Part shown: positions 11,660-21,439 of the stretch, in pieces
How the letters are laid out: each line of letters opens with the position of its first letter
Numbering within the stretch: the first letter of the stretch is position 1
NCBI GenBank assembly: GCA_965199335.1
Contig: CBDAQZ010000001.1
Span: forward strand, 71,102-135,101
Direction: 5' to 3'
Length of the DNA stretch: 64,000 nucleotides
DNA from: Alphaproteobacteria bacterium
GTDB taxonomy: Bacteria; Pseudomonadota; Alphaproteobacteria; CALMVH01
The notes under the pieces: generated by a model
Seen by the model: only the letters and a program-made list of their open reading frames with translations
Told to the model about the DNA's origin: nothing
Databases searched by the model: none
Program-made: the position numbers and the translations under genes

Positions 11660-11896
11660 GAGGCAGATACATTCTGTAAGTATTCAGATAAAATTTTACT
11701 CAAAACATAAATATAGATGGAAATCACTTAACTAAGTATTGAGTATATATATTTTAGGTTGTCTTGCGCGGCTGAATCAGATTCCTCGTTTGGGGCCCAA
11801 GTGGCAAAAATGCACTTAATGTGTATTCCAGGCAACGAATCGCGGTACTGCCGATTTTGCTTTACAGCCCGATTGTGACTGTGCCAGAACCCCGCC

Positions 11897-12340
11897 ATGA
11901 AATTGAAACTGTTGCGCCTGGCCTGTGCCTTCATCGCCGCATCGTTCGCAACCCTTGTCAGCGTCCCGGCCCGTGCCGATACGCCCGACAGCAAGAAAGT
12001 CGAAACGGGCATCGCCAGCTACTATGGCGATGACTGGCAGGACCGCCGCACCGCCAACGGCGAGCGGTTCAACCCCGAGGCTTTTACGGCGGCACACCGC
12101 AATCTGCCGCTTGGCGCCTGGGTCAAGGTGACAAACCTGATCAACGGGCGTAGCATCAACGTCCGAATAAACGATCGCAACGCGCCATCGCATACCCGAA
12201 TCATCGATCTGTCAAAGGCCGCCGCCGATGCCGTTGGCATGCTGCAGGCCGGCTTGGCGAAAGTGAAGATCGAGCGCATACTGCCGCCGGGCCATCGAAT
12301 CGCGATGCACGAGCCGCCGCACAAGCCCGTTTACAATTAG
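11897..12340 (+). CDS. rlpA: Septal ring lytic transglycosylase RlpA-family protein (DPBB domain)
   Basis: Signal peptide, then GIASYYG...TANGE.F...TAAH..LPLG..V.VTNL.NGRS..VRINDRNAP; this is the RlpA double-psi beta-barrel signature. Confidence 0.85.
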   Translation: MKLKLLRLACAFIAASFATLVSVPARADTPDSKKVETGIASYYGDDWQDRRTANGERFNPEAFTAAHRNLPLGAWVKVTNLINGRSINVRINDRNAPSHTRIIDLSKAAADAVGMLQAGLAKVKIERILPPGHRIAMHEPPHKPVYN

Positions 12341-13513
12341 CTAGTCCGCCAGAGCCTGCTCCAGGTCGGCGCGCAGATCGTCGGCATCCTCGATCCCGAC
12401 CGATATCCGCACCATTCCATCCGATATGCCCGCCGCTTCCCGTGCTTCCTTGGGCATGAAGGAGTGCGTCATGGTCGAAGGCTGCTCGATCAGGCTCTCG
12501 ACGCCGCCCAGGCTGATCGCCAGCGTGAAGATGCGACACTTCAACAGGAAACGGCGCACGGTTTCGCTATCGCCCTTCAGCTCCAGGCCGATCATGCCGC
12601 CAAAACCGCGCTGCATCTGTCGTGTCGCAAGCTCGTATTGCGGGTGGCTTTTCAGCCCGGGGTAAATGACGCGGGCGACCTTGGGATGGCTTTCCAGCCA
12701 TGTCGCCAGTGCCAGCGCGTTTTCGCTATGGCGCTGCATCCTCAGCCCCAGCGTCTTCAGGCCGCGATGCATCAGAAAGGAGTCGAAGGGACCGGACACC
12801 GCACCCAGCGCGTTCTGCAGAAACTTCATCCGTTCGTCCAGCGCCGGATCGTTCGTGACCACCAGCCCGCCGATGACATCGGAATGGCCGCCGATATACT
12901 TGGTGCCCGAATGCATCACGATATCCACCCCCAGTTCCAGCGGGCGGTGAATCCAGGGCGTGGCGAACGTATTGTCGACCACGGTCTGAAGCCCATGCGA
13001 CCGCGCGAATTTCACGATCTCCTGGATGTCGAACAGCTTCAGTAACGGGTTGGTCGGCGTCTCCACCCAGATCATGCGCGTCTTGGGGCGAAGCGCAGCC
13101 TTCAGTTTCGCGGGATCGTTCAGATCGACATAGCTGGTGCTCATTCCCGCCGATTTGTGCCGGACCATGTCGAAGATGCGGTAGGTGCCGCTGTAAATGT
13201 CGTCGGTCGCGATGATGTGCGACCCAGCCGGTAGAAGATCGACGATAGTCGCTGCCGCCGCCTGTCCCGATGCGAAGGCGAAACCGGCGCTTCCGCTCTC
13301 CAGCGAGGCGATCAGGCGTTCGAGCGCGAAGCGGGTGGGATTCTGGGCACGCCCGTAATCGAAACCGGTGTGCTGGCCCGGCGTCGTATGCGCGAAGGTC
13401 GAGGTCGCATAGATCGGCATCACCACGGCATTCGTCGTCGGGTCGAAGGATTGCCCGGCATAGATGCAGCGGCTGTTGAAGCCCTTGGTCAGGTCGTCGC
13501 GTTTCATATCCAC
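12341..13513 (-). CDS. PLP-dependent Cys/Met-metabolism enzyme (cystathionine gamma-synthase / gamma-lyase / methionine gamma-lyase family)
   Basis: 390 aa. The SGTKYIGGHSDV PLP-lysine motif is present. Similarity to MetB/MetC/MdeA runs the full length. Its stop abuts the arsR-family gene at 13515. Confidence 0.85.
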   Translation of the reverse strand: MDMKRDDLTKGFNSRCIYAGQSFDPTTNAVVMPIYATSTFAHTTPGQHTGFDYGRAQNPTRFALERLIASLESGSAGFAFASGQAAAATIVDLLPAGSHIIATDDIYSGTYRIFDMVRHKSAGMSTSYVDLNDPAKLKAALRPKTRMIWVETPTNPLLKLFDIQEIVKFARSHGLQTVVDNTFATPWIHRPLELGVDIVMHSGTKYIGGHSDVIGGLVVTNDPALDERMKFLQNALGAVSGPFDSFLMHRGLKTLGLRMQRHSENALALATWLESHPKVARVIYPGLKSHPQYELATRQMQRGFGGMIGLELKGDSETVRRFLLKCRIFTLAISLGGVESLIEQPSTMTHSFMPKEAREAAGISDGMVRISVGIEDADDLRADLEQALAD

Positions 13514-13514
13514 T

Positions 13515-13829
13515 CTATTCCTTCTTGCCCTTGCGGGCCATCGCGGCGCTTTCGCGCTTCAACGGCCGGCTCAGCGGGCAGGCCTCCTGAACGAAGCTTG
13601 CCAGCGTGTTGACCAGATTGTCGCCCACCTGCGCATAATAGACAAATTGCCCTTCCTTGCGGCTGGTGACCAGACCCGCGTTTTCCAGGATCGACAGGTG
13701 TTGCGAAATCGAGGGCTTCGACATTTCGAAGCGCGATGCGATTTCGCCCGCGCTCAGCTCGGTATGCGCCAGATAGGCGAGGATCTGACGGCGAACGGAA
13801 GAGGAAAGGGCTTCGAAGACGCGTTGCAT
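13515..13829 (-). CDS. ArsR/SmtB-family HTH transcriptional regulator
   Basis: 104 aa. The winged-HTH core is LAYLAHTELSAGEIASRFEMSKPSISQHLSILENAGLV. There is no metal-binding Cys pair in alpha3. It is operonic with the downstream lyase-family gene (2-nt spacing). Confidence 0.85.
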   Translation of the reverse strand: MQRVFEALSSSVRRQILAYLAHTELSAGEIASRFEMSKPSISQHLSILENAGLVTSRKEGQFVYYAQVGDNLVNTLASFVQEACPLSRPLKRESAAMARKGKKE

Positions 13830-13880
13830 GCAGATTAATTAGGTGGTGAGCTAAGAATTGACAAGCGGCAGAGATATGGT

Positions 13881-13900
13881 ATTTAGTTACTAGACTAAAT
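13881..13900. promoter_or_regulatory. Perfect 7-bp inverted repeat ATTTAGT-N6-ACTAAAT; candidate ArsR operator
   Basis: The sequence is ATTTAGTtactagACTAAAT. It lies 52 bp upstream of the arsR-family start and overlaps the first ATG of the divergent desaturase ORF. Confidence 0.45.
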
Positions 13901-13913
13901 GATACGAGTTTGC

Positions 13914-14813
13914 ATGACCTGCCTTTCGACGGCCCGCCTGATTGCCGAACCGGAAACGTCCGCGATCGATGGCGTTGTCGTCTGGGCACCGGTGCGGTCA
14001 TTGTGGGTAGGTGGCATGACCCTGGCAGCGCTTGTTTTATCGCCCTTTTACACGACACCTGGCGCGATCCTGCTCTTTCTTGTCACAAGCGCGGTGACAT
14101 TATGCGCCGGGCATTCCATCGGTTTGCATAGGCTCCTGATCCACCGCAGCCTGTCCGCCCCCTTATGGGTCGAGCGTGTGCTGATCTATCTCGGCACTCT
14201 GGTCGGGATGGCGGGGCCGCTCGGCATGGTCAGGTTGCACGACACCCGCGACTGGGCGCAGCGGCAGACGCACTGCCACGACTTGCATGCGCATCGTGCC
14301 GGTTGTTTTCGGGATGCGTGGTGGCAGATGCATTGCCGTCTTGTCCTGGTGCATCCGCCGCGCTTCGTGCCGGAAGCGCATCTGGTGGACGATCCTTTCA
14401 TAGGCTGTCTGGAAGCAACCTGGATGCTGCAGCAGCTGCCCTGGGCCATCCTGTTCTTCTGTATCGGGGGCATGCCGTGGCTGGTCTGGGGAATTGCAAT
14501 GCGTGTCGCCGTGTCGCTGACCGGTCACTGGCTGGTGGGACATATCACACACAGGCGCGGCCATCAGGGCTGGGCCGTGGATGGCGTCGCCGTACAGGGC
14601 TACAACCTGCCGCTCGCTGCGCTGGTCACGTTCGGCGAGGCTTGGCACGGCAATCATCACGCCTGGCCGGACTCGGCGCGGTTGGGTGTCGAGAAGGGGC
14701 AGGCCGATCCAGGTTGGTGGATACTCCTGGTCATGCAGCGATTGCGGCTGGTATCCGACCTCAGGCAGCCATCGGATTTGACGCCGCGCGAGGGGCTGCG
14801 CCGGATAGATTGA
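13914..14813 (+). CDS. Membrane fatty-acid desaturase (acyl-CoA/acyl-lipid Delta9-type; His boxes HRLLIH, HDLHAH, HGNHHAWP)
   Basis: Three histidine-box motifs and hydrophobic segments are present. The start could be 13899, but 13914 avoids the operator palindrome. Confidence 0.8.
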   Translation: MTCLSTARLIAEPETSAIDGVVVWAPVRSLWVGGMTLAALVLSPFYTTPGAILLFLVTSAVTLCAGHSIGLHRLLIHRSLSAPLWVERVLIYLGTLVGMAGPLGMVRLHDTRDWAQRQTHCHDLHAHRAGCFRDAWWQMHCRLVLVHPPRFVPEAHLVDDPFIGCLEATWMLQQLPWAILFFCIGGMPWLVWGIAMRVAVSLTGHWLVGHITHRRGHQGWAVDGVAVQGYNLPLAALVTFGEAWHGNHHAWPDSARLGVEKGQADPGWWILLVMQRLRLVSDLRQPSDLTPREGLRRID

Positions 14814-14817
14814 TAGC

Positions 14818-16680
14818 CTAGCCCACAGTCTCCAATCTTGTCGGTGGCCTGCTGATCCCCACGGCCTCGCAGACCTGATCGCGGCCCTTGTGCTTGGCCT
14901 GGTAAAGCGCCTTGTCCGCGGCGTCGATGATTTCGCTCGGGGTGGCACCGCATTCGGGATAGATCGCCACGCCAAGCGACGCGGTCAGCGTTCCCAGCGA
15001 CGTGCCGTTGTAGTCCAGCCGCAGATCCTTGATCGCGCTGCGAACCTGCTCCGCGCGCCATGCCGCCGGCTGCACCGGGGCGCCCACCAGCACCAGCATG
15101 AATTCCTCGCCGCCGTAGCGGCAGGCAAGGTCGCCCTTGCGGATGCAGCGCCCCAGCACCTCACCGACATGTTTCAGGACCAGGTCGCCCGCCGCATGGC
15201 CGAACGTATCGTTGAACCGCTTGAAGTGATCGATATCGATCATGATGATCGCAATCGGCGTCTTGCTGCGCTCGGCGCGGCTGAACTCCAGTTCCAGGCT
15301 TTCCTCAAGGTAGCGGCGGTTGAACAGTCCGGTAAGCGGGTCGCGGATCGACTGGCTGCGCAGCGAATCGCGCAGGCGCAGGTTGACCAGGGCCAGTGCG
15401 ATGGTTTCGCACAGCACACCGATATCCTGTAGCCTGTCCTGCAGTACGAACGGCGTGCCCGTGACATGTTCCAGGTACAAAAGACCGACAGTGTCGTTCT
15501 GCGCTGCAAGCGGGAAGCACATATAGGCGTCGGTTTCCTGGACATTCATATGCGAACAGACGACTTCCTTGCTGAAGTCCAGGTTGATATGCGACTGGCC
15601 GCGTCGCATCGCCCAGCAATCGTCCGGCTGGAATTCAGTTGCGCTGGCGTGGGGTGAATTCCATTGCGCAACCGCCCGCAGAAGCGTGCGCGAGGGGTTG
15701 AGCAAATACAGCGCGCCGGGAATATCGGTGAACAGCTGCGGCACATAACGTTCGATCAATTCCGAGAATTCGGCTTCGGTGGTGCAGCCGGGCAGGCGGT
15801 GGGCGATACGGCCCAGCACGTCCAGCGATTGGGTGCGTTCTTCCAGCATCCGGCTATGGTCGGCCAGTTCCTTGTTGCGTTCGCGCAGCTGCGCCTCGGC
15901 GCGGTTCTGGGCAAATGCCGCCGAGCCGAGCCGTGCCGCCATGCCGTTGAACGACGATGCCAGCCGGCTGAATTCGTCATGGCCGGAAATCTCGATATGC
16001 AGTGGCTGGCCGCCCGATCCCATCGACACCACACCCTGTTCCAGCAGCCGTACCGAGCGCACGATGCGCGTAGTGGCCAATCGGATACCGACGATCGCCA
16101 GCAGCAGGATTGCGGGGCCCGCCGTGATCATCATCAGCTTCAGGCGGCGTTGCAGCAGGTCCTGCTTCGAGATCGTGGACAGCAGAATGGAGTGTTCAAG
16201 GTCGGTGATCTCCTGCGCCACGACGCGGGCATCTGACATGTATGTCAGCCCCCGGTCGGTCAGGATCACCTGCATGGCGGCATCCATGCCTTTCTCCCGC
16301 CGCAACGCGATCGTCTCGCGCAGTTCAGACATCTTGCCGGCAACCGCCATATCCAGCTTGCGCACGCGCTCATTGAGCAGCGGATCCTCGTCGGCGCCGG
16401 CATGAAGCGCGTGCTGCGTGACGGGAATCTGGCTTTCGGCCATGGTAAACGGCTCGAGATAACGATCGGCGCCGGTAAGCAGATAGCCGCGCTGGCCGGT
16501 TTCGGCGTCTTTCAGCTGCGACAGCAGCCGGTTGGCGAAATGCGTGATGTCATTGGAGCTTGCCTCGGCCTGCCTGTACTCCGTCTGACGCTCCAGAACG
16601 AGATAAACGCTCGCGCCGAAGGCAAACATCATCATGAAAATGATGGCTATCGGCAGCCATACTCGAAAAGTCGTATTCAT
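14818..16680 (-). CDS. Diguanylate cyclase with CHASE3 sensor, HAMP, GAF-like and GGDEF domains
   Basis: 620 aa. N-terminal TM helix, CHASE3 (GYLLTG), second TM helix, HAMP, and a C-terminal GGDEF domain (RYGGEEF, DxDHFK). Confidence 0.9.
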   Translation of the reverse strand: MNTTFRVWLPIAIIFMMMFAFGASVYLVLERQTEYRQAEASSNDITHFANRLLSQLKDAETGQRGYLLTGADRYLEPFTMAESQIPVTQHALHAGADEDPLLNERVRKLDMAVAGKMSELRETIALRREKGMDAAMQVILTDRGLTYMSDARVVAQEITDLEHSILLSTISKQDLLQRRLKLMMITAGPAILLLAIVGIRLATTRIVRSVRLLEQGVVSMGSGGQPLHIEISGHDEFSRLASSFNGMAARLGSAAFAQNRAEAQLRERNKELADHSRMLEERTQSLDVLGRIAHRLPGCTTEAEFSELIERYVPQLFTDIPGALYLLNPSRTLLRAVAQWNSPHASATEFQPDDCWAMRRGQSHINLDFSKEVVCSHMNVQETDAYMCFPLAAQNDTVGLLYLEHVTGTPFVLQDRLQDIGVLCETIALALVNLRLRDSLRSQSIRDPLTGLFNRRYLEESLELEFSRAERSKTPIAIIMIDIDHFKRFNDTFGHAAGDLVLKHVGEVLGRCIRKGDLACRYGGEEFMLVLVGAPVQPAAWRAEQVRSAIKDLRLDYNGTSLGTLTASLGVAIYPECGATPSEIIDAADKALYQAKHKGRDQVCEAVGISRPPTRLETVG

Positions 16681-16736
16681 TCGCAGGCCCGAAAATTCCA
16701 GACCAGCTACTATTGTACATACCGATTAAGCCGGTC

Positions 16737-17879
16737 CTAACGCATCAGAACCGGGTAATCCAGGTAGCCGCGCTCGTTTCCGCCGTAAAACGTGCTTTCA
16801 TCTGCTTGCGCCAGCGGTGCGCCTGCCTGCAGGCGCTCGACCAAATCCGGATTGGAGATGAAGGGACGGCCGAAGGCGATCAGGTCGGCAAGGCCGCCGG
16901 TCATCGCTTTTTCCGCCAGATCGAGCGTGTAACCGTTGTTCGCCATGTACGAACCTTTGAACATCCGGCGTAGCGTCTGCAGGTCGAACCCATCGGACGG
17001 ACTGCGGGAACCGCGTGTTTCCCCCTCGATGACATGGATATAGGCGATACCGTAGTGGTTCAGCCGGTAGACGACGTTCAGGAACAGGCTTTCGGGATCG
17101 TCGTCCCCGATGTCGTTGACGTGGCTGAGGGGCGACAACCGGATGCCGACGCGGCCCGGTTCCCATACGTTGCACACGGTCTCGACCACCTGCAGCATGA
17201 ATCGGCAGCGGTTATCCAGGCTGCCGCCGTAGAAATCGCTGCGATGGTTGGTCTTGTCGCGCAGGAACTGGTCGATCAGGTAACCGTTCGCGCCATGGAT
17301 CTCGACGCCATCGAACCCGGCGACGCGGGCGGCGATCGTCGCCTTGCGGTAATCGTCGACGACGCGGGCGATCTCGCTCGTTTCCAATGCCCGGGGCGTC
17401 GGGTGCGGCTTCAGCCCGTCCTCCGTGAAGGCCTGGCCATTGGCGCGGATCGCGGACGGCGCAACCGGCAGGCCGCCATTCGGTTGCAGGGATTCGTGCG
17501 AGATACGGCCGACGTGCCAGAGCTGGCAGAAGATCGCGCCGCCTTTGGCATGCACGGCGTCGGTGACCAGCCTCCAGCCCGCGATCTGCTCGTCGCTGTA
17601 GATACCGGGCGTCCAGGCATAACCCTTGCCCTCCGGGCTGATCTGCGACGCCTCGCTGATGATCAGCCCAGCGGAGGCGCGCTGGGCGTAATAGTCGGCA
17701 TTCATCTGCCGCGGCGCATCGCCCTGCCCGGCGCGGCTACGCGTCAGGGGCGCCATGACGATACGGTTGCGCAAGGTCAGCGAGCCCATGCGAACGGGCT
17801 TGAACAGGTCGGCGGCGGAATGGATGCGGGCATCGGTCGACAAAGCGGTTTCCTCTGTTTGCAATTGAGCTAGACTCAA
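16737..17879 (-). CDS. Old Yellow Enzyme-family NADH:flavin oxidoreductase (alkene reductase / NemA-like)
   Basis: LTLRNRIVMAPLTRSRA...HGANGYLIDQFL are OYE signatures. The true start may be an internal Met about 30 codons in. Confidence 0.9.
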   Translation of the reverse strand: MSLAQLQTEETALSTDARIHSAADLFKPVRMGSLTLRNRIVMAPLTRSRAGQGDAPRQMNADYYAQRASAGLIISEASQISPEGKGYAWTPGIYSDEQIAGWRLVTDAVHAKGGAIFCQLWHVGRISHESLQPNGGLPVAPSAIRANGQAFTEDGLKPHPTPRALETSEIARVVDDYRKATIAARVAGFDGVEIHGANGYLIDQFLRDKTNHRSDFYGGSLDNRCRFMLQVVETVCNVWEPGRVGIRLSPLSHVNDIGDDDPESLFLNVVYRLNHYGIAYIHVIEGETRGSRSPSDGFDLQTLRRMFKGSYMANNGYTLDLAEKAMTGGLADLIAFGRPFISNPDLVERLQAGAPLAQADESTFYGGNERGYLDYPVLMR

Positions 17880-17908
17880 CGCCAGCCCGGTCAGGTTTCA
17901 AGGAGAAT

Positions 17909-18661
17909 TTGCGAATGTATTCGTCGTTTAGACCATTGCTGCTGGCCTTGTCGATTGCCATTCTCGCGGTCCCCGCCATCGCCGAGGATGCCCAGGTGCA
18001 GCTCGTCCCGGCCAAGCCAATCTCAAAGGATGTGGCAGCCTATCCGCGCGTTGCCGCGAAAGCGGGGATCGATGCGGACAGGATCAACGCTTCCCTGAAC
18101 CGCGACGAACGACACACGCGCAAGGAGATCGCCGAGTGCAAGCAGAGTCAGGAGTCCGATTACAGCGTCGATATCGCCGTGACTATGAAAGGTCCCCGTT
18201 TCATCAGCTACGTAAAGAATATCGACTATTATTGCGGCGGGGCCCATCCCGATACCGAGACGCTGGCCCTGGTTTTCGACCTGAAGAGCGGCCTCATGCT
18301 CGATTGGTTCAAGTTCCTGCCCGCAAGCCTGCTGACACAGACTGTCGAGGACAGGCAGACGGATAAATCGATGCCGGGCACGATCACGTCTAAGGCCCTG
18401 GGCGATCTCTACCGTGCCAACGCCGACCGCTCAGAAAAGGATTGCAACGAGGCGATGAACGACATCAAGACATTCATATTCTGGCCCGATGCGAAGGAGA
18501 ACGGCATCGTGTTTTCACCCTATGGCCTGGCTCACATAGACCGCGCGACATGCGGAGCCGATGTCACGATTCCAACTGGCAAGCTACGGGCAGTGGGTAT
18601 GGATGCCGCCATGCTCGATTCCATACAGTCGGCCCACGATCACGGCTGGTACGACAAATAG
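17909..18661 (+). CDS. Secreted hypothetical protein, possible DUF3298/RsiV-like fold (YYCGGAHP motif)
   Basis: Signal peptide MRMYSSFRPLLLALSIAILAVPAIA. A GGAHP motif is present. Confidence 0.5.
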   Translation: MRMYSSFRPLLLALSIAILAVPAIAEDAQVQLVPAKPISKDVAAYPRVAAKAGIDADRINASLNRDERHTRKEIAECKQSQESDYSVDIAVTMKGPRFISYVKNIDYYCGGAHPDTETLALVFDLKSGLMLDWFKFLPASLLTQTVEDRQTDKSMPGTITSKALGDLYRANADRSEKDCNEAMNDIKTFIFWPDAKENGIVFSPYGLAHIDRATCGADVTIPTGKLRAVGMDAAMLDSIQSAHDHGWYDK

Positions 18662-18667
18662 TAATCG

Positions 18668-19618
18668 TTAGACGGTGATTCCGATCTTGCCGCGGAAACC
18701 GCCCTTCTGGGCAAATTCATGCGCAGAGGCAATCTGTGAAAGGGAAAAGATCTTGCTGGTGACAGCCCGAACCTTGCCGCCGTCGATCAGCGCGGCGATG
18801 TCGGCCAGCTGGTGTGCGTTCGGCCTGGCCCGATAGCGTTCGATGCGAACGTTCCTTTCCTTCGCGAGTTCCTCCGAAGGCGGACTGACGGCCGATATCA
18901 ATGCGCCACCCTGCCTGACGATCTTCCACGAACGATCCTGCGTTTCGCCACCTGTAAGGTCCAGCACCAGATCCACCTCGCCGCAGACATCCTCGAAACG
19001 CTGCGCCTTGTAGTCGATGGCCATGTCCGCGCCCAGCTCGCGCACGAAGTCCAGATTCGGTGCCGAAGTGGTAGTGATGACCTCCGCACCGCTATTCTTT
19101 GCGAACTGGACCGCCATATGTCCGACGCCGCCGGACCCGGCATGGATCAGCACACGCTGCCCAGACTGCAACTGCCCGTGATCGAACAGGCCCTGCCATG
19201 CCGTCAACGCGACCAGGGGAACGACCCCGGCTTCTGTCAGGTCGAGCGTCTTTGGCTTGCGGCAGACTTCGGTCGCCTTGACCACCACGAACTCGGCATA
19301 TGTGCCGCGATCGAAGGCGGGCATGCCATAGACTTCATCCCCGAGCTTGAGCGTGCTCGACGGTGTATCGCAGATTTCTATCGTTCCGGCAAAATCGCGG
19401 CCAAGGGTCACAGGCAGGTTTTCCTGCAGGACAAGCGGAAATCTGCCTTCGCGGATCTTGTAATCGACCGGATTGACGCTGGTCGCGGCGATCCGCACCA
19501 GGATTTCATCGGCCTGGGGGTCTGGCAGATCGATCGTGTCGGTCTTCATCACCGATGGCGCGCCGAATTCGTGAATGCGCACGGCGCGCATGGTTTCCTG
19601 CTTCTGGTTCAGCGACAT
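18668..19618 (-). CDS. Zinc-independent MDR-family NADPH:quinone oxidoreductase
   Basis: 316 aa. GSGGVGHMAVQFAK Rossmann motif and MDR-superfamily architecture. Confidence 0.85.
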   Translation of the reverse strand: MSLNQKQETMRAVRIHEFGAPSVMKTDTIDLPDPQADEILVRIAATSVNPVDYKIREGRFPLVLQENLPVTLGRDFAGTIEICDTPSSTLKLGDEVYGMPAFDRGTYAEFVVVKATEVCRKPKTLDLTEAGVVPLVALTAWQGLFDHGQLQSGQRVLIHAGSGGVGHMAVQFAKNSGAEVITTTSAPNLDFVRELGADMAIDYKAQRFEDVCGEVDLVLDLTGGETQDRSWKIVRQGGALISAVSPPSEELAKERNVRIERYRARPNAHQLADIAALIDGGKVRAVTSKIFSLSQIASAHEFAQKGGFRGKIGITV

Positions 19619-19630
19619 CGGTCTTCCTGT

Positions 19631-20869
19631 CTATTCGTTAGTGCCAACAGAACGATTGGGGGCCTCAGCCGTTCCCCGCGTCTCGGGCATGAAGATCCAC
19701 AGTAGCCCCAGTGCCGCCACGCCGCACCCTGCCATCGCCAGGAAAGTGACATTGTAGCCCAACAAGGATTCGACAAGACCCGCAGCCATGTTGCTGAGCG
19801 CCTGGCCCAGGCCGAATGCGGCCGAGACAATGCCAACCGCCAGATTGTACGTGCCGGTGCCGCGCGTCAGATCGTCGACGACGATCAGGTAGACGACAAA
19901 GAAAATACCGGCGGCAAATCCGTCCAGAGCCTGGATGGCAATGGACTCGGTCGCATTTTGGGCAAAGACGTATAGCACGCCGCGCAGCGGCAACGCGGCG
20001 AAGGCCGCCAGCATCAGCGTCTTGCGGCCCCAGCGATCGGCCTTGTGCCCCGCCATGATCGCGGTCGGCACCATTACGGCCTGCGCCACGGCGATGCAGG
20101 CCGCGATCAGGGCCGAGGCCTTAACGGCATCCTTGCCCGCCAGCTTTTCAGCCAGCAGAGGCAGCATGCCGGTATTGGCGAACTGGAACAGCGTGACGCA
20201 GGCGCAGAAGATCAGGAACGGCCGGTTGCGCATCAATTGGCGCAAGCCTGCGGTCTTATCCTGTGTGCCTCCTCGCGCCAGGTCGTGATCAATGTCATCG
20301 GCGCGGATGCACAGGGCCGCGACCATGCTCGACGCGGCAAGCCCCGCGATGCCCCACAGCACCGCGACCGCCGCCACCATCGAGCCGAAGAAGCCGGATA
20401 TGGCGGCGGTGAACAGATTGCCGGCATGGTTCCAGGCTTCGTTGCGGCCCGTGCGCCGCGCAAACGCCTTCTGGCCGACGATGCCCAGCGTGATGCCGGG
20501 AATGGCGGCGAACATCGCGCCCGCCGTGCCGATGACGATCTGCAATCCGGCTACGATGGCAAAGGAATGGAACAGGCTGAGCCCCATCGCGCAGACGCCG
20601 ATCGTACCGGCGGCGACCACTACCAGCCCGCGCTTGAAGCGGGTGCGGTCGATCAGACTGCCGAACGGCGCGCGGGCGACGACGTTGGCGAGGCCCGACA
20701 AGCTCATGACGATACCGATGCGACCGGCCGACCAATGCTGCACCGACAATAAATACATCGCCAGAAAGGGGTTCAGCCCGTCGGTGACATCGGCCAGCAG
20801 GAAATTCAGCCAGTCTAGGGCGTGGCGGTTCCTGCGCTCTCTAACATTTGGTGTGTCGCTGATAGTCAC
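19631..20869 (-). CDS. MFS transporter
   Basis: 412 aa. Twelve predicted TM helices, with an MFS motif-A-like GSLIDRTRFKRG. Confidence 0.85.
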   Translation of the reverse strand: MTISDTPNVRERRNRHALDWLNFLLADVTDGLNPFLAMYLLSVQHWSAGRIGIVMSLSGLANVVARAPFGSLIDRTRFKRGLVVVAAGTIGVCAMGLSLFHSFAIVAGLQIVIGTAGAMFAAIPGITLGIVGQKAFARRTGRNEAWNHAGNLFTAAISGFFGSMVAAVAVLWGIAGLAASSMVAALCIRADDIDHDLARGGTQDKTAGLRQLMRNRPFLIFCACVTLFQFANTGMLPLLAEKLAGKDAVKASALIAACIAVAQAVMVPTAIMAGHKADRWGRKTLMLAAFAALPLRGVLYVFAQNATESIAIQALDGFAAGIFFVVYLIVVDDLTRGTGTYNLAVGIVSAAFGLGQALSNMAAGLVESLLGYNVTFLAMAGCGVAALGLLWIFMPETRGTAEAPNRSVGTNE

Positions 20870-21193
20870 TCAGGGCAAAAGGCCGGCGCCGCCCAATAGT
20901 TCCTGCAACTCGCCGCTCGCATACATCTCCTGCACGATATCGGCGCCGCCGATGAACTGGCCGTTGACGTAAAGCTGCGGGATGGCCGGCCAGTCGGCGA
21001 ACTGGCGGATGCCTGTCCTGGTGCTGGGGTCCGAATTCACGTCGATGCCGCGATAGCGCACGCGCAGATGGTCCAGTATCTGGACGATGGCCGACGAGAA
21101 GCCGCATAGCGGATAGGCGGCGGAGCCGCGAAGATACAACACTACGGGCGTCGATGTGACCTCGACGCGGATGCGGTCGACGGGGTTGCTCAC
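20870..21193 (-). CDS. grxD: Monothiol glutaredoxin (Grx4/GrxD family, CGFS active site)
   Basis: CGFS motif and a full-length Grx4 match. Confidence 0.9.
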   Translation of the reverse strand: MSNPVDRIRVEVTSTPVVLYLRGSAAYPLCGFSSAIVQILDHLRVRYRGIDVNSDPSTRTGIRQFADWPAIPQLYVNGQFIGGADIVQEMYASGELQELLGGAGLLP

Positions 21194-21432
21194 GCGGCCC
21201 GTTCCAAAACATATGTGCGGACGGAAAGGACCGGCGGTGGTTCCAGAACCTGCTGTCCCAGGGCCTTGTACACCAGCCGGTGCTGCTCGATACGCGTCAG
21301 CCCCTTGAAGCTGGTAGCCCCTACCTGGATCACCAGGTAGATATCGTCGCCACGCGGATTGCCGATGGCGATTTCGGCATCCGGAAAGGCCTGCTTCAGG
21401 CTGCTTTCGATAGTGACGGCATCAAGCAGCAT
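21190..21432 (-). CDS. bolA: BolA-family protein
   Basis: 80 aa. BolA class II HTH. It overlaps the grxD start by 4 nt; the bolA-grx pairing is classic. Confidence 0.8.
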   Translation of the reverse strand: MLLDAVTIESSLKQAFPDAEIAIGNPRGDDIYLVIQVGATSFKGLTRIEQHRLVYKALGQQVLEPPPVLSVRTYVLERAA

Positions 21433-21439
21433 GAACCTG

